From assembly GCA_032718475.1 (NCBI GenBank), contig JAUCBJ010002525.1, forward strand, positions 1-64,000: 64,000 nucleotides of DNA, written 5' to 3'. A model generated the notes under the pieces. That model was not told where the DNA came from. It was given only the letters and a program-made list of their open reading frames with translations, and did not search any database. The DNA comes from Nemertoderma westbladi. Its lineage: Eukaryota > Animalia > Xenacoelomorpha. Numbering within the stretch: the stretch's first letter is position 1; every line of letters starts with the position of its first letter. Position numbers and translations under genes: made by a program. Positions 25,501-37,143 of the stretch are shown here, piece by piece.

Positions 25501-27691
25501 TCTCACATGACTTGGCATCACATTTAACTCCACTACGTCCCCTATTAAGTGCGAGGTCTCCATTTATATGGACTCCAGACCACGAACGCGCATTCATTGC
25601 GACAAAGGCCGGACTGATTTCGCCGCCTATTCTAGCATCATTCGACCCCACTAAGGAAACTCAGCTCCAAACTGATGCGTCCCGGAAACATGGCCTTGGG
25701 TACGCCTTACTCCAACTCCATGGTGAAGATTGGCGTCTCGTTGAATGTGGTAGTCGGTTTGTGACCGAAACAGAATCCCGCTATGCCATAGTCGAGTTGG
25801 AAATGTTAGCGGTAGTCTGGGCAACCCAGAAGTGTAGATTGTACTTACTGGGGTTGCATAATTACACCTTAGTGGTGGACCACCAACCACTCGTGACGAT
25901 CATTGATCGTTACACCATCGATGCAACGGAGAACACACGCCTCCAGCGACTAAAGACCAAACTGTCTCCATATGTGTTTACCACAATCTGGAGAAAGGGG
26001 AAAGACCATCGAATACCAGATGCTCTATCCCGCGCCCCTGTGGATGACCCCACTCCAGAGGACATTGTCGATGACGGTGATATGTCATATTACATCCGGG
26101 CGGTTACTCAACAAACCATCTCGGATATTGAAGCCTCTTTTGACGACTCCATTCTAGAATCCCTGAATCAATGTGTTCTGAACGACCCTGATTACATGGC
26201 ATTACACAAAGCCATACAATCCGGTTTCCCCCTGGACACTCGGACACTATCTGGAGTTCGACCATTCTGGTCAATTCGTCATGAACTCACGACTGACCAT
26301 GATCTCATTCTATATGGTCATCGCATAGTCATCCCGCTTGAAGAACGACGGAAAATTCTTCAACGCTTACATTCGTCTCACCAAGGTGTTGAAAAGACGC
26401 TGCGTCGGGCACGTCAAACTGTTTACTGGCCAGGATTGACCAGTGACATTCGGAACACTACTGGGTCGTGCCGTGAATGTTTGGCTTATCAACCAAGCCA
26501 TCCCAAAGAGCCAATGCTCTACGACCCCCCGGCTACACGGCCCTTCGAAGAAATTTCGTGCGATTTCTTCTCCCTAAACGGTCATGATTACCTCACTGTA
26601 GCGGATCGCTACTCCGGGTGGCCAGAAGTCCTCTCTTACAGCACCCCTCCCACTGCGGCGAAAACTATCGAGAGTGTCCGCAGCGTGTTCATCCGCTTTG
26701 GTGTCCCTACACGTTTACGATCCGATGGCGGCCCTCAATTTACAGCCACCGTATTCGAGGATTTCCTCAATGATTGGGGCGTCAAACCGATCGTTTCTTC
26801 ACCGGGATACGCGCAAAGTAACGGTCACGCCGAATCAGCGGTGAAAGCTATCAAATCCCTCCTCGCAAAGACTGGAGGAAACATCAAGAGTGAGAGATTC
26901 GGGGAGGGGCTACTCGAATTACGGAATGCGCCACGCATGCATGGGAAATCGCCAGCCGAAATTCTGTTCGGACATCCTATCCGTACACGAATCCCCATCC
27001 ACAGCAGTGCGTTCCATGGGAGCCATCAGTCTACTCGGACTGAAATGGATATAAAGGCCCATGACCTAAAATCCAAAACTGCCAACTATTATAATAAGGG
27101 CGCCCACAAACTCAAACCACTTCAGATTGGGGAGAAGGTCCTTATCCAGAATGCTTCTACAAAGCGTTGGGACCGATCCGGTGTCGTTGTGGAGATCAAT
27201 CCACATCGTTCTTACAGGGTCCGGACCCCATCGGGCCGCGCACTACGGCGCAACCGAAGATTCCTTATTAAGGACACTGCGGCAGACCCTATTATACAGA
27301 AAGAACAACCCTATCAACGGAAACATGTAACATGGAAACCGACGTTAGTGGATGATATACCTGTCGTTCATAGATATCCACAACGTAATCGACGCTCTCC
27401 AGACAGACTACATTCCTCTACAAACTGAAAGCTTTCATATCATATACTAAAAGCTCGAAGGGGGGTGTTAGAATATCATAAACTGTTAGTCTGCCGGACT
27501 CGGTTTCTTACATTTTGAGAGAGATATAAGGTGGAGGGAAATTCAAACTTACTTTTAGTTAGAGGTAGCACTGTGTGACATACCGGCACTGTTGCACTGC
27601 AGCAATACTGCAATAGGTCTAGTGCATTTATATACAGGCCTAAATCGTGTATACATTATACAATGATATGTTAGAATATCCTATCTTAACA
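22552..27691 (+). mobile_element. Full-length Ty3/Gypsy LTR retrotransposon (Mag-like)
   Basis: 226-bp TG..CA LTRs at 22552-22777 and 27466-27691, with 3 differences seen. PBS TGGCGCAGT at 22778. PPT ending GAAGGGGGG at 27465. Flanks AAGAG/AAGAT form a 5-bp TSD with one mismatch. Confidence 0.96.
22908..27428 (+). CDS. Gag-Pol polyprotein, single uninterrupted ORF, 1506 aa
   Basis: Two Cys-His knuckles ([10 protein letters not shown]; [14 protein letters not shown]), protease DSGA, RT (RLCVDLR, LVDD), RNase H (QTDAS, ELEMLAV), and integrase H-H-C-C plus D-D-E (SDGGPQF, SNGHAE). Domain order is Gypsy-type. Confidence 0.97.
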   Translation: MGEKPDNYLDLNEEDLPQLDIQDLRHYCTQAGINFTSKTAAKTLQKKLSGALNFEDGKGETASWDTFAKILADERRAAEDRSARERAAAELQRAEDRAVTAAELRLVIERADEDRRVAAAQFAQLIATLHPAAGGGVAPGVPPLAPGDVPEHQNRRRPIDIKNLEKINNNVDFQTFIRWRKAWDVHAHRQQISLFPRDEQVYALIEALGMDIQQTIKVTLRLDIDSGDTTTETLLDAFQAHLRSKRSLAVDAIKFRERKQGPNESFDSLRVSLEELADSAELCDHCRNRQLVTQIIVGVRTSETRSKLLEILPEPTLNDCVRIAQMVEASEKNEVIIGSGKPITQISNYQRERGRSPTRENRDNRNPSGNRNNSSNPNQSSGKCGMCGRKTHPGGRTECPARNATCDGCGKLGHYRPVCRSKHKTKEHKVSTIRPTQNSVNRIVISNTICELEYVPVDIFRTDNNNKVGHIKQALPDSGAVITILGEKQFHKMGGKGSDLLPAGREVFSAANGSPIYISGRLPVRIIHEGDIVETEIYISRESTGFIMSLRLSQEFGLIPWNFPNKIHPDISTVKASQNMENLQQEILTEFADVFDDDSVPLSMMDGPPMHITLKENAVPYHVNGARPIPFALREEVKLLLDDYERRQIIAKVTEPTDWAHPLTVCRKPNGKLRLCVDLRHLNNQVKRPQYPTPNPRSVIANIPASSKCFTVFDAAHGYWQIPLDSESQLLTTFTTPWGRYVHRRSVMGLISSGDEYNRRGDNALQGIPNVVKLVDDLLIYGDNVEEHISQIRVVLQRCREEKLCLHPEKIQFAKSEVKYAGFLVGESGIKPDPMKLRAISSFPCPTNITDLRSFVGLVEQLAPFSHDLASHLTPLRPLLSARSPFIWTPDHERAFIATKAGLISPPILASFDPTKETQLQTDASRKHGLGYALLQLHGEDWRLVECGSRFVTETESRYAIVELEMLAVVWATQKCRLYLLGLHNYTLVVDHQPLVTIIDRYTIDATENTRLQRLKTKLSPYVFTTIWRKGKDHRIPDALSRAPVDDPTPEDIVDDGDMSYYIRAVTQQTISDIEASFDDSILESLNQCVLNDPDYMALHKAIQSGFPLDTRTLSGVRPFWSIRHELTTDHDLILYGHRIVIPLEERRKILQRLHSSHQGVEKTLRRARQTVYWPGLTSDIRNTTGSCRECLAYQPSHPKEPMLYDPPATRPFEEISCDFFSLNGHDYLTVADRYSGWPEVLSYSTPPTAAKTIESVRSVFIRFGVPTRLRSDGGPQFTATVFEDFLNDWGVKPIVSSPGYAQSNGHAESAVKAIKSLLAKTGGNIKSERFGEGLLELRNAPRMHGKSPAEILFGHPIRTRIPIHSSAFHGSHQSTRTEMDIKAHDLKSKTANYYNKGAHKLKPLQIGEKVLIQNASTKRWDRSGVVVEINPHRSYRVRTPSGRALRRNRRFLIKDTAADPIIQKEQPYQRKHVTWKPTLVDDIPVVHRYPQRNRRSPDRLHSSTN

Positions 27692-29187
27692 AAGATGACA
27701 GCCATGTGCCCTTCGTCACACATTGTTGTCGGTCCCTAGAATAACCCTCAATCATTCCTGCGATCATCTCTGCTGTGTTCTTGATAATAGTTATAGGTGG
27801 ATCGTCTATACTTATAAATGCGCCAGCCGCCAGTATATTATTATCTAAACCTGATGTCGTCTCCAACACGTCCTACGTTCATTATTTTCCACCAACGAAC
27901 AATAATTGTTCGTATATAATTCCGAGGTCTCCTTTACTACATTATAAATCGATTCTTTCTAGATGGGATTCTAAGACTTTTTGTAGAAAAAATGTACTGA
28001 CTAACTGAATTATTGTCGAAAATCACCTATCAAATTAGAAAGACAATTTCCACAAAAGACAGAAAATAGCAAAAAAAGGTTCGAAAAGAAGGAGACACTA
28101 CCATATATACCACACTACTATATAAATTAGCGCAAAATTTTTGGCCAACATTTTCGTTGATTTTTTTTTCACAAATTTTCATGCTTTTTTGTCAGTATTT
28201 TTTCTTGATAAATGTTCTAGAACGTATATTGACTGAGTGTTCTAGAACTTTGAAAAAAGTTCTAGAACATTTTAATTATTAATTTTCGAGAAAATAATTT
28301 TCTTTAAAAAAGAAAAATTTTTAAAAAGTTTATTATTTTTTATCCTATTTTGCCTGTTTTTTTCTGTTGATAAGAGTTCTAGCAACCACTACCAAATGTT
28401 CTAGAACATTTTTATTAACAATTTTCGATAAATAAATATTCTAGAATATTTTTTCATTAAAAAAATATAATAATATGATTGTTTAATTAAAAAAAAAGTA
28501 GCTCGTAAACTAAACACATTTTAGAGCAAAATGAAAATGTTGGCACGGGCGGAACTCTAGCCAAATTTTTAGCTACATATTCAATATTTGGTACTAGCTA
28601 ACGTTCTAGAATATTTAACAAGCATCAATTTGAAGGGTGGCATTAGTATAGTACCATATCCAAATTTTGCACTTTTCTTTTCTTTTTAGGTTAAAAGATT
28701 TTTGACATGTTGTTTGGCTTTGTATTATCAATTTTATTCTAGAATTATATATCTTTGTTGCTAGGTTATATACATAAATAAAATAAATTTAAAATTACTT
28801 AATGAATAATTATTTCTTTATATAGTGATTATTTATTTCTTATTCTTATTGAGAAATATATTTGAGGATTAAATTACATTTTTAATTTTTTACTAGCTAA
28901 TAAAAAGTACTAGCATGGCCTACTATATATACGGCCTAACATGTTGTCGATTTGGCCTTAAAAAAAGAGGCCAGTTTTTTTTACACTATTTTAATATTTT
29001 GATATGGGGAGAGTTCTATAAATTGCCATTTGCTGCAATTTGGTCAACGGACGTAATTGAAGTCTCTTCGTTAATTAAGCAAGATACAAAATTTGATGGT
29101 AGCTAGTGTTTTAGATAGGTTTAGCTAGTAATTTCAACACTGGTTCCGACATCCTACTTCCCTCTATAAATTTTTTGTAGTAGCTAG

Positions 29188-29576
29188 TTCTTATTACTAT
29201 TTGTATAGAAAATGTTCCAGAACATGTTAGCTATTCATTTTTTTAAAAATTATGTTCAAGAACAAATATTTTTTGTTCTAGAACATTTTTTAGAAAAAAA
29301 TCTGGATTCTGTTTAAAACGCAAGGAATCGTTCTAAAACGTGTTTAAAATCAATAAAAAAAAATGTGAAAAAAAATATTGTGAATAAAATTTTTTGAAAA
29401 AATTTTTTTTATTGATTTTAAACACGATTTAGAACGATTCCATGCGTTTTAATTAGAATCCAGATTTTTTTCTAAAAAATGTTCTAGAACAAAAAATATT
29501 TGTTCTAGAACATAACTTTTTTAAAAATGAATAGCTAACATGTTCTGGAACATTTTCTATACAAATAGTAATAAGT
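29188..29576. repeat. Long imperfect palindrome (about 175-bp arms) within a GTTCTAGAAC-rich foldback-like region (about 28200-30430)
   Basis: 29188-about 29365 is the reverse complement of about 29400-29576. The motif TGTTCTAGAACA recurs many times nearby. Confidence 0.85.
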
Positions 29577-29802
29577 AAATAGTAAATAAGCAAATAGTAA
29601 TATATATAGTAGGCCATGGTACTAGCTAACACAAAATCAAAATTATTAGCTACCGGTACCATCTTACGGTCAGATGGTCAAATATTTGTTCTAGAACAAA
29701 AACGGTCAAAATAAAAGACATTTTCACAAGAAAAAGTTGGTCAATTGTTTTTTTAATTTTAAATTATGATTTTTTTTTCACTAGCTAATATAAAGTACTA
29801 GC

Positions 29803-30339
29803 GGTATTACTACACCTTGGGTCACACCTACGAAATTTTTTTTTAATACATAAATAGGTTATTTAAGAATACTAATATTGTTCTACAATGTATATTAATA
29901 AATAGATAATTGTTCTAGAATGTATATTAACAGTTAGTTAATTGGATACTCTTGCTTTACTAATTCAATAAGGTCGTTAAACGGTGAACGTTTGTGAAGC
30001 ATCCTCCACCGATACTCATCTAGGTGACTTTGTAGTAAATTCAATCTAGTGCCTTTCCGTTGCTTCATTATCATAAGTTTGGCATGTCCCCATAATCCTT
30101 CTATAAGTTGCGTGTTCGCTCCGGTGATCTGGTCTACGAATCTACCACGCCCCTTCTTACTGTGGTTTACGACATAGCGACAAAGTACTGTTATTCGACA
30201 GTTATGCACTTTGTGCAAGTGGTTATAATAAATATAAAACATTCTAGAATTCAATTACTATTGTTACAGTACGCTTAAAACACTATAAAACATGCTTATA
30301 ATTAAATTTGTCAGGTGTGACCCAAGGTGTAGTAATACC
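29803..30339 (-). mobile_element. Merlin (IS1595/ISXO2-like) internally deleted DNA transposon
   Basis: About 27-bp TIR GGTATTACTACACCTTGGGTCACACCT. 8-bp TSD GTACTAGC. Transposase C-terminus VNHS..FVDQITGANTQLIEGLWGHAK..HLDEYRWR at 29934-about 30175. Confidence 0.92.
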
Positions 30340-31619
30340 GTACTAGCTTACACAAATTCAAAATTACTGGCTACCATCTTACTGGCTCCAATCTTACTGT
30401 CAGGGGGTCAAATATTTGTTATAGAACAAAAACCTCATGATAAAAACCGATAATCACTAATATAATAAATTAATATAAATTTTTTTTGAATTTGGGCATA
30501 GATGCTATATTAATGCCTTGATGTTGGGTTAGAGGAACAAAAATTAAAGTTCATTTTATAAATATTATGTAGTTAAGTGTTTTAATTTGGCATTTACATT
30601 AAATTTCCAGTGTGTTTTTGCTTTGTAACTTCTCGAATTAGCTATAGTAAATTCCGCCGTCATGACCTACATAGTCGAGTCAATCTAGCAAAAAACCCAA
30701 AGTATTTCGCAATCAATCCGAACCACATATTTTGGATTCTATATTACCTTATAAATGACCAAAAAAAAGTCCATAAAATTTTATTTTGCGGATCATATGT
30801 TTATTCATGGAAATTCTGCGTAACACAAGCCAAACAAAAGGAACAGTAGGGAAAAGTAAGTAGCAAATTGGTGATGTTCCAGAATAATTTAATTAATTTC
30901 ACAATAAGCTGTGATTCAATGGGATATTAGTAATATTTACACTGGCGTGTTACACATTAATTGTTATATCTCGGAAACTAGAAGTCGCATCAAATTTTTA
31001 AATATATCAAAAACTTCACGTTATATTAAGGAAACCGTTGTAAAAAAAATTATACAATTCCACTGCAAGGAAATTTCATAATTTCCATTAATGTCGGTGA
31101 AGAATTTTCACATAATTAAATTGTGATTGCTCTAATGATTTTAGGTGTAATTTATTTATTTGGTTTAGTTTGAAAACCACAATAGAATATCATATATCAA
31201 ATAAAATTTTTGGGGATACGGGTTTTTGAGGTCGATAAATCCGCCCGATGGGCGAGGTTACATCCACCCGTTTAGTAGATAAGTTGTGTAAATAAGGTCC
31301 TTCTTATATTGTACCAGCAAAATTGGTATTAAAAATGGATAAATTATTAGACAAATTTCCGTTGCTCTGGAAACTAAATTGGTAATTATATAGAAGTGCA
31401 TACTTCTGTCAATCGATAGTCATTAGAGTAAAGTTTGTCTGTACCAAATTTGGAAATTGGAAATTGAAGGTGATCCGCATAATATATTTTTATCGACTTT
31501 TTGGGGGTATTAACAAGGTAATGTAGAATAAAAAAAAATTGGTTTGGACGAATTGCGAATTTGTTATGGGTTGACCCATTTTTCGGCTAGATTGACTCGC
31601 CTATTCAGTTTAGAACGCC

Positions 31620-33120
31620 TCAGCATCGAAAACACGTACAACGCAATAATGAAATTATAACTAGGAACTGCTTTACATCGTTTATATCGTTGTAATAAAG
31701 ATGACAGTTATTATATTGTTTGCACCGAATGTATTCACTAGTTGGATGATCAGTGCGATAAAGGAGTTTCCATACATACTTCACACGGACTATCTTACAC
31801 CATATATCAGGTAGTAAAAGTCCGCGCGAAATTGGTAGTTTGTGCCTGTCTGTGTTGAATAGTGTACCTACTGCCCCTATCAACAACATTGCGGCCCAGA
31901 AATCTTCTATAATTTTACATGATCGACGTGAGGCCCAGACTGGTGAAGCATACACAATTTTAGTAAGAATAACTGAATGTATAATTTTTGTCACCGCAGC
32001 AATACTAATTCCATTCCTAGAAGGAGCACAGAAGCTGCTATCTAGCTTAGAGGAGGCTGCATCTAGTGTTGGCCTCTTTGTGAATAGCACAAAGACCAAC
32101 ATTCTGACAGTAAACATGGATTCAGATCAGCAGAAAATTGATCGGGATAACATTCAATCGCTGGGTGGACTGGTAAGTCATGTGAACGACTTCTGCTACC
32201 TTGGATCATGGGTTCGGAGGTCTGCTGAAGATCTCCGAATTCGCAAAGGGAAAGCCTGGTCCGCCATCCACAAGCTATCCAGGATCTGGAAGAGCTCTGA
32301 CATCTCATGCTCTTTAAAGGTCCGCCTTTTCCGTGCAGCAGTGGAGCCTGTGCTGCTCTATGGCAGCCCATGCTGGGCTCTAACTTCTGAAGACACCAGG
32401 TCCTTGGATGGCACATACACCAGGATGCTTCGCCGGGTGCACAACATAGCATATGATGCACACATAAGCAATGAGGTGTTATATAAATATGGTAACATCT
32501 CATTGCCAAGACCTAGCATCACCCTGCAGAAACGCCGCCTAATGCTTGCTGGGCACTGTTTCCGCCGGCAGGATCAACCTGTACACAACCTTGTGCTGTG
32601 GCAGCCTGCTGGCGAGATTAGACGTGGTGGACAGCCAATGACTTTCCTCAAACGCCTGCTCAAGGACACAGGACTTGAGAACAGGAATGAATTAGGAAAT
32701 TGTATGGCTGACCGCAAGATCTGGGGGCGCTATGTTTCTGGGGCCGCCGGCACTGCACCCTAGTGCAAGCCGATCATCATCATCAATTCCATTCCTGGGG
32801 TTTACGAAACGTGATACATTTTTCCACAGCTGCCAAAAATTCATCATAACATTCTTTAGATGAATATCAAAGTCATTTTGGAATCAAATGAACACCTAAT
32901 ATCTTTGTTTTGTAGTCTGAGAAAAGTTAGCATGATCCACAGTTGTTCCCATAACTAAAACATCAGTTTTCTCAGCATTTATCTTTAGGCGCCATCGTTG
33001 ACACCATTAAAAGACTTCATCACAGTCCGTCTGGAGACTTTGTATACCCAGACTGATACTGTAGTATTTATCATCGTGAGTTGGGCAAGTTTTGTAACGA
33101 CTGTTATCATCTGCATACTT
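31620..33120 (-). pseudogene. Degenerate non-LTR retrotransposon RT remnant, interrupted by an RTE insertion
   Basis: Minus strand reads YADD...LQTDC..WCQRWRLKINAEKT (about 33117-32960) and IVYASPVW (about 31950), with stops and frameshifts. Confidence 0.75.
32019..32784 (+). mobile_element. 5'-truncated RTE-clade LINE
   Basis: RT C-terminus (FCYLGS, KVRLFRAAVEPVLLYGS, RLMLAGHCFR). (CAT)n tail. 12-bp TSD AATTCCATTCCT at 32007-32018 and 32785-32796. Confidence 0.92.
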
Positions 33121-33820
33121 AAATTTACTCATCATTTCTTTTATTTAAAAAATAAGCAAATAAATCCATAGATAGTACTTTTCCTTGGCCAATACAAATT
33201 GTCATTTCTTTGGAAATTACCCATAGACTTTGGAAATTACATCACTCTTGTGATCTACACTAGGGGAATTTAACCGGGGATGGATTTGAACAGAGTGAAA
33301 ATTGTTAAATGCATAAATTCACTGGAGGGGGGTTAAATACACTAGGGAAAATACACTCCGGGAGTGAGAATACACTACGGAATTTTATCCGGGGAGTGAT
33401 TTTGCATGGAGAGTGAAAAGTATATGTTACACCGGTAGTTAAAATGTTTGATAAATTAGTTTTATGGTCGTTTCCAAGGCCAGTTTTAAAGTTTGATGGA
33501 TTCAAAGGTGTTTTCCGTCTGTCTGTCGAGAACCGAACCAAAAAGAAATTGAAGCATTAGTGGTCAAGATTATTCAACAATTACTCTATATGCCTCAAAA
33601 TAAACAGATTACATTACAGCATTATTGGTGTTTGGCTTCTCGACTTTACTTGGTCAAAACCATGTAAATGGCACAAAATAACCACAAACACCAATTATGT
33701 TTTTATTTTGTTTAAAAAGTTAATTTAATTGAACAAACATGAGGTGGGTTTGAAATGTGCATTATTCGGCTTAATATTGGTATTATTATATAGCATTCCC
33801 GGAGTGGGATTTCAACTTAC

Positions 33821-34005
33821 CTGGATGGTTGCAGTGGTGCTGACCCCTTGAACGAGGCTGAATGAGAGGCGAACAGAGGCGGAGAAGGCGAACCAGATAA
33901 TTCGTCCAAGTCGTCATCCGATAAATTATCATCCGAAGAATTTAGTTGGGGTTCTTTAGTTGTCGTTAACGGTATTCCATTTGCAACGGGTAACGGCACT
34001 GCCAT
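33821..34005 (-). CDS. Probable first coding exon of an unidentified host gene
   Basis: ATG in ataATGG context. Acidic, Ser/Pro-rich peptide ending at a consensus donor CAG|GTAAGT (33820). Downstream exons were not identified. Confidence 0.55.
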
Positions 34006-36725
34006 TATCGGTATTTATTTGACCGGTCTTCCGTCAGTAACTTAATGCAGTAATAATGCAGACAGCTGATGTATTACAGAAGTTCTTTAAGGCAACTTAA
34101 AATCCAGAAGTGTTGTTAGTCTGTATTCAGGTATTAATATCGCTCAACAACTGAACTAACTAATTTTATGTTAAGTTAGGGCTATGTTACCATGGGCCTC
34201 ACAGTGACGACATTTGACATCTGTTTATCAGTAAAACTGTAATACAGGTATGTGTGATAATATTAATTTACAGATTTAATGGCAGAATGGTAAACCGAAC
34301 CAATAATATGTATTGTAATAAATGATATTAGGCTATTGCTGCATTGCCAATACAGTAATAATGTAATAACAACACTCATAAATAGGATAATAAATAGAAA
34401 ATAGGCCACTAATTATTGTGAATGGCAGGTATATAATTGCCAATTGGCAGTCAAATAGGCCTACAGTCTATAACACCATACATGCGAATATAAGTACTGT
34501 AGTATGGTAAATAAGGCCACAGCGCACAGCAGAAACCTACTCCTTAACTACCAAAATATTTACTAGGGCCAGGTACTGCTGTACTGTCAGACTATTTTTA
34601 TTCGCAGCTAGGCCTAAATAAGAGTTGCCCTTGTGCAGTGCAGTAAGTATTGCTACCGGTAGCTATAAACTCCTTTTCTTATGAATAAATTATTTTCATT
34701 GTCATCTGTCTGCCGAATTAAAGTTTGAAGTTTATAGATGTTGCTAAGATACAAACCTACCGCCCTACCACTCACATCCCTTGCTTTTTGCTTGGATTTA
34801 TTGGTCAGGAGAATTCTTAAAGTTTTCCTTTACTAATTACCCCACCAGGCCAGCAGCAGCTGGGACTTTATTTAATACAATTTTAATAAGCACCGAGACT
34901 GACACAAACGAAATACCGGTACCGGTACATTAATTGATAAATTTTAATTAAAATTGTGAATAATTATTAATTTCATTTAATTATTTATTTATAAAAGCAA
35001 ACAGCGAAACAGGGAAGCTTTCACTATTTGTACAGTGTACCAGGCGCAATGTGTATTCTGGATAGTTTTTATTATTATAATGTAGTAACAGCTAGCTACA
35101 TATGATTGCGAATATGTGGGGCGAGCCACGCAGTCGGGGCGAGATTTAGCGCACAATTATAATTAGTAAATAGGGCGAAATTTAATATGTCTGTATGTCC
35201 GTCTGTAATGAAAAAATCATTCGTAAATAACTATGGAAGATTTTACCCATTTTCAACCAAATATTGTAGGGCATACTAGAGAAAAAGTTCCAATATTTTT
35301 GAAAGTTACTGGCAAATAGCTCTCGAACGTTTGACTCCAGATCAAATCGAACTTGTTTCGAACTTGGTCATGTTCGCGTGATCTGCTGCGCGACGCCCCA
35401 CGAGCGTGTACAGTAAGTACTACACTACTTACACTGTTACACTACATGGTACTGTTCGCCGGTGATTATAAACAAACGGTTATACTGTAGTTATTATAAA
35501 CTCGTCTTTCTCAATTGTTCAATGTTTTTTTTATTCTCTAATGACGTTAATTAGGAGCCCGCTCGACAGGCGGGATACTTACTGTAAGAATCTCAGGGAT
35601 ACATTACTGTAAAAATCTCAGGATATACACTGACTGACTGACTGACTGATAATTATCTAGGTTCAGGCACTTCCTGCCTGGCGATTTTGTTGAAATTTTA
35701 CAAGTAAATTGCTTTGGTGGTTCATAATCGCGTTACAAAATATCAGATTAATTCAATGTGTGGTATTCGATATATTTCGTTTTTTGAAATTATTTTGTCG
35801 CGAAATTAAAAGCAATGGTAAAGTAACAACTCCTGCCTGAGCTGCTGCAGCAGCTAGCTGTGTAGGAATTCCATCAAGGCAGAATTTCTTGACCACACCC
35901 CTCCTGCTGCTGGCTGCTGTCTGAGTCTACACTTCCTTATCAGCTCTCAGGTATAGACAGAAAGTAGTTGAGTTGTCAATAAACAAAATAAAATATACAA
36001 CTGCAGTAGGATTATATTATTATTATTCCACGAATCACTGGGCTGATTATTTTGTATAGGATATATGTAGAATGTTCTTAAAAATAATATTCTTATTTTT
36101 TTTATTACATATGATTATCATCATTTTTTAGCTGAAGCATTAATAGTGTAAATTAATTTAATTATATTTTAATACCATTACTACGTTGGCATACTGTAAG
36201 ATAAGTTTTAACATTTCTTACAAATAGTGGTGCGAGCATAAATCAAATCACGCAAATTTAAAAGAACCGGGTGTGTTGTCATAGCAAAGTTTCATTTTTT
36301 ATTATGTGGGACGAGCCACAAAGTCAGCTAGCCCCACGCCTTATAGTTTAGACAATTGTTTAGTTTACTTACTGCTGACCGACAAGGTTGATTTCTAATA
36401 GTCTTGTAAATAGGATACTTCCCCCGGGCTCCTTCCAGCCAGCTTGCTGGCTTTCTAGTGTATATTGTATGTTTATTTATTCGTGTAATTTCGCACTACC
36501 AAATCGGCAGGACGATCTACAGTATTGTCCAACTTTTTATATCGCAGTGCGAAATTATTCCTCAGTATTTCCCTACGCCATACGTTTGCGATATATAATA
36601 ATAAATTAATTGTAGCAGTGGGGTGGGTGAGGGTGAATTAAATATATTATGTACCGTACAGTAATAGAACAATAAGATAATGCTCTCCATAGCGAAAAAT
36701 ATCAACCGACCCTATTGGGACTCGA

Positions 36726-36774
36726 ACCCGGTACCTACTGTAGGTTTCAAACTTCCGGTTGTCTTCAGCCGGGT
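36726..36774 (-). ncRNA. Minimal type I hammerhead ribozyme motif inside a tRNA-like unit (about 36705-36805)
   Basis: ACCCGG-CUGAAGA-CAAC CGGAA GUUU-GAAA-CCUA CAG UAGG-UA-CCGGGU. Complete core, perfect 6-bp stem I, GUA cleavage triplet. Flanked by A-box TAGCTCAGTTG and B-box GGTTCGAGTCC. Confidence 0.72.
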
Positions 36775-37099
36775 GTGTGTGTCCTAAGACAACTGAGCTA
36801 CCAGAACGTGTGAAGAATTTTATTCGCTATAGAGTGGATATTATACTTTGGCTTTTAACTAATCACTCAAAGGAAAGTACAGTACAACGTTATTAATTAA
36901 CAGCCTGGTATACGGGGTAAAACAGTGGTTTCTACAACACTGTATAGTTATTCTTTGAGGCATGGTTGCCATTACTGGCAGAGCACGGGCATGTTGCACT
37001 TTCCTTTGAATGATTAGTTAAAGGTCAAAATATGATATCCACTCCATAGCGAATAACTTATTCTCCGTCCTGGTAGCTCAGTTGTCTTAGCACACACAC

Positions 37100-37143
37100 A
37101 ACCAGCTGATGATAACCGGTAGTTTGAAATCTAGGTACCGGAT
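37100..37143 (+). ncRNA. Second, more degenerate hammerhead motif inside a tRNA-like unit (about 37068-37160)
   Basis: AACCAG-CUGAUGA-UAAC CGGUA GUUU-GAAA-UCUAGG-UA-CCGGAU. A-box TAGCTCAGTTG upstream, B-box GATTCGAGCCC downstream. Stem I is mismatched. Confidence 0.6.

Noticed and set aside
31840-32018. N-terminal part of the 307-aa ORF as a real protein
   Set aside because: It is antisense sequence of the older LINE, read through the TSD into the RTE insert.
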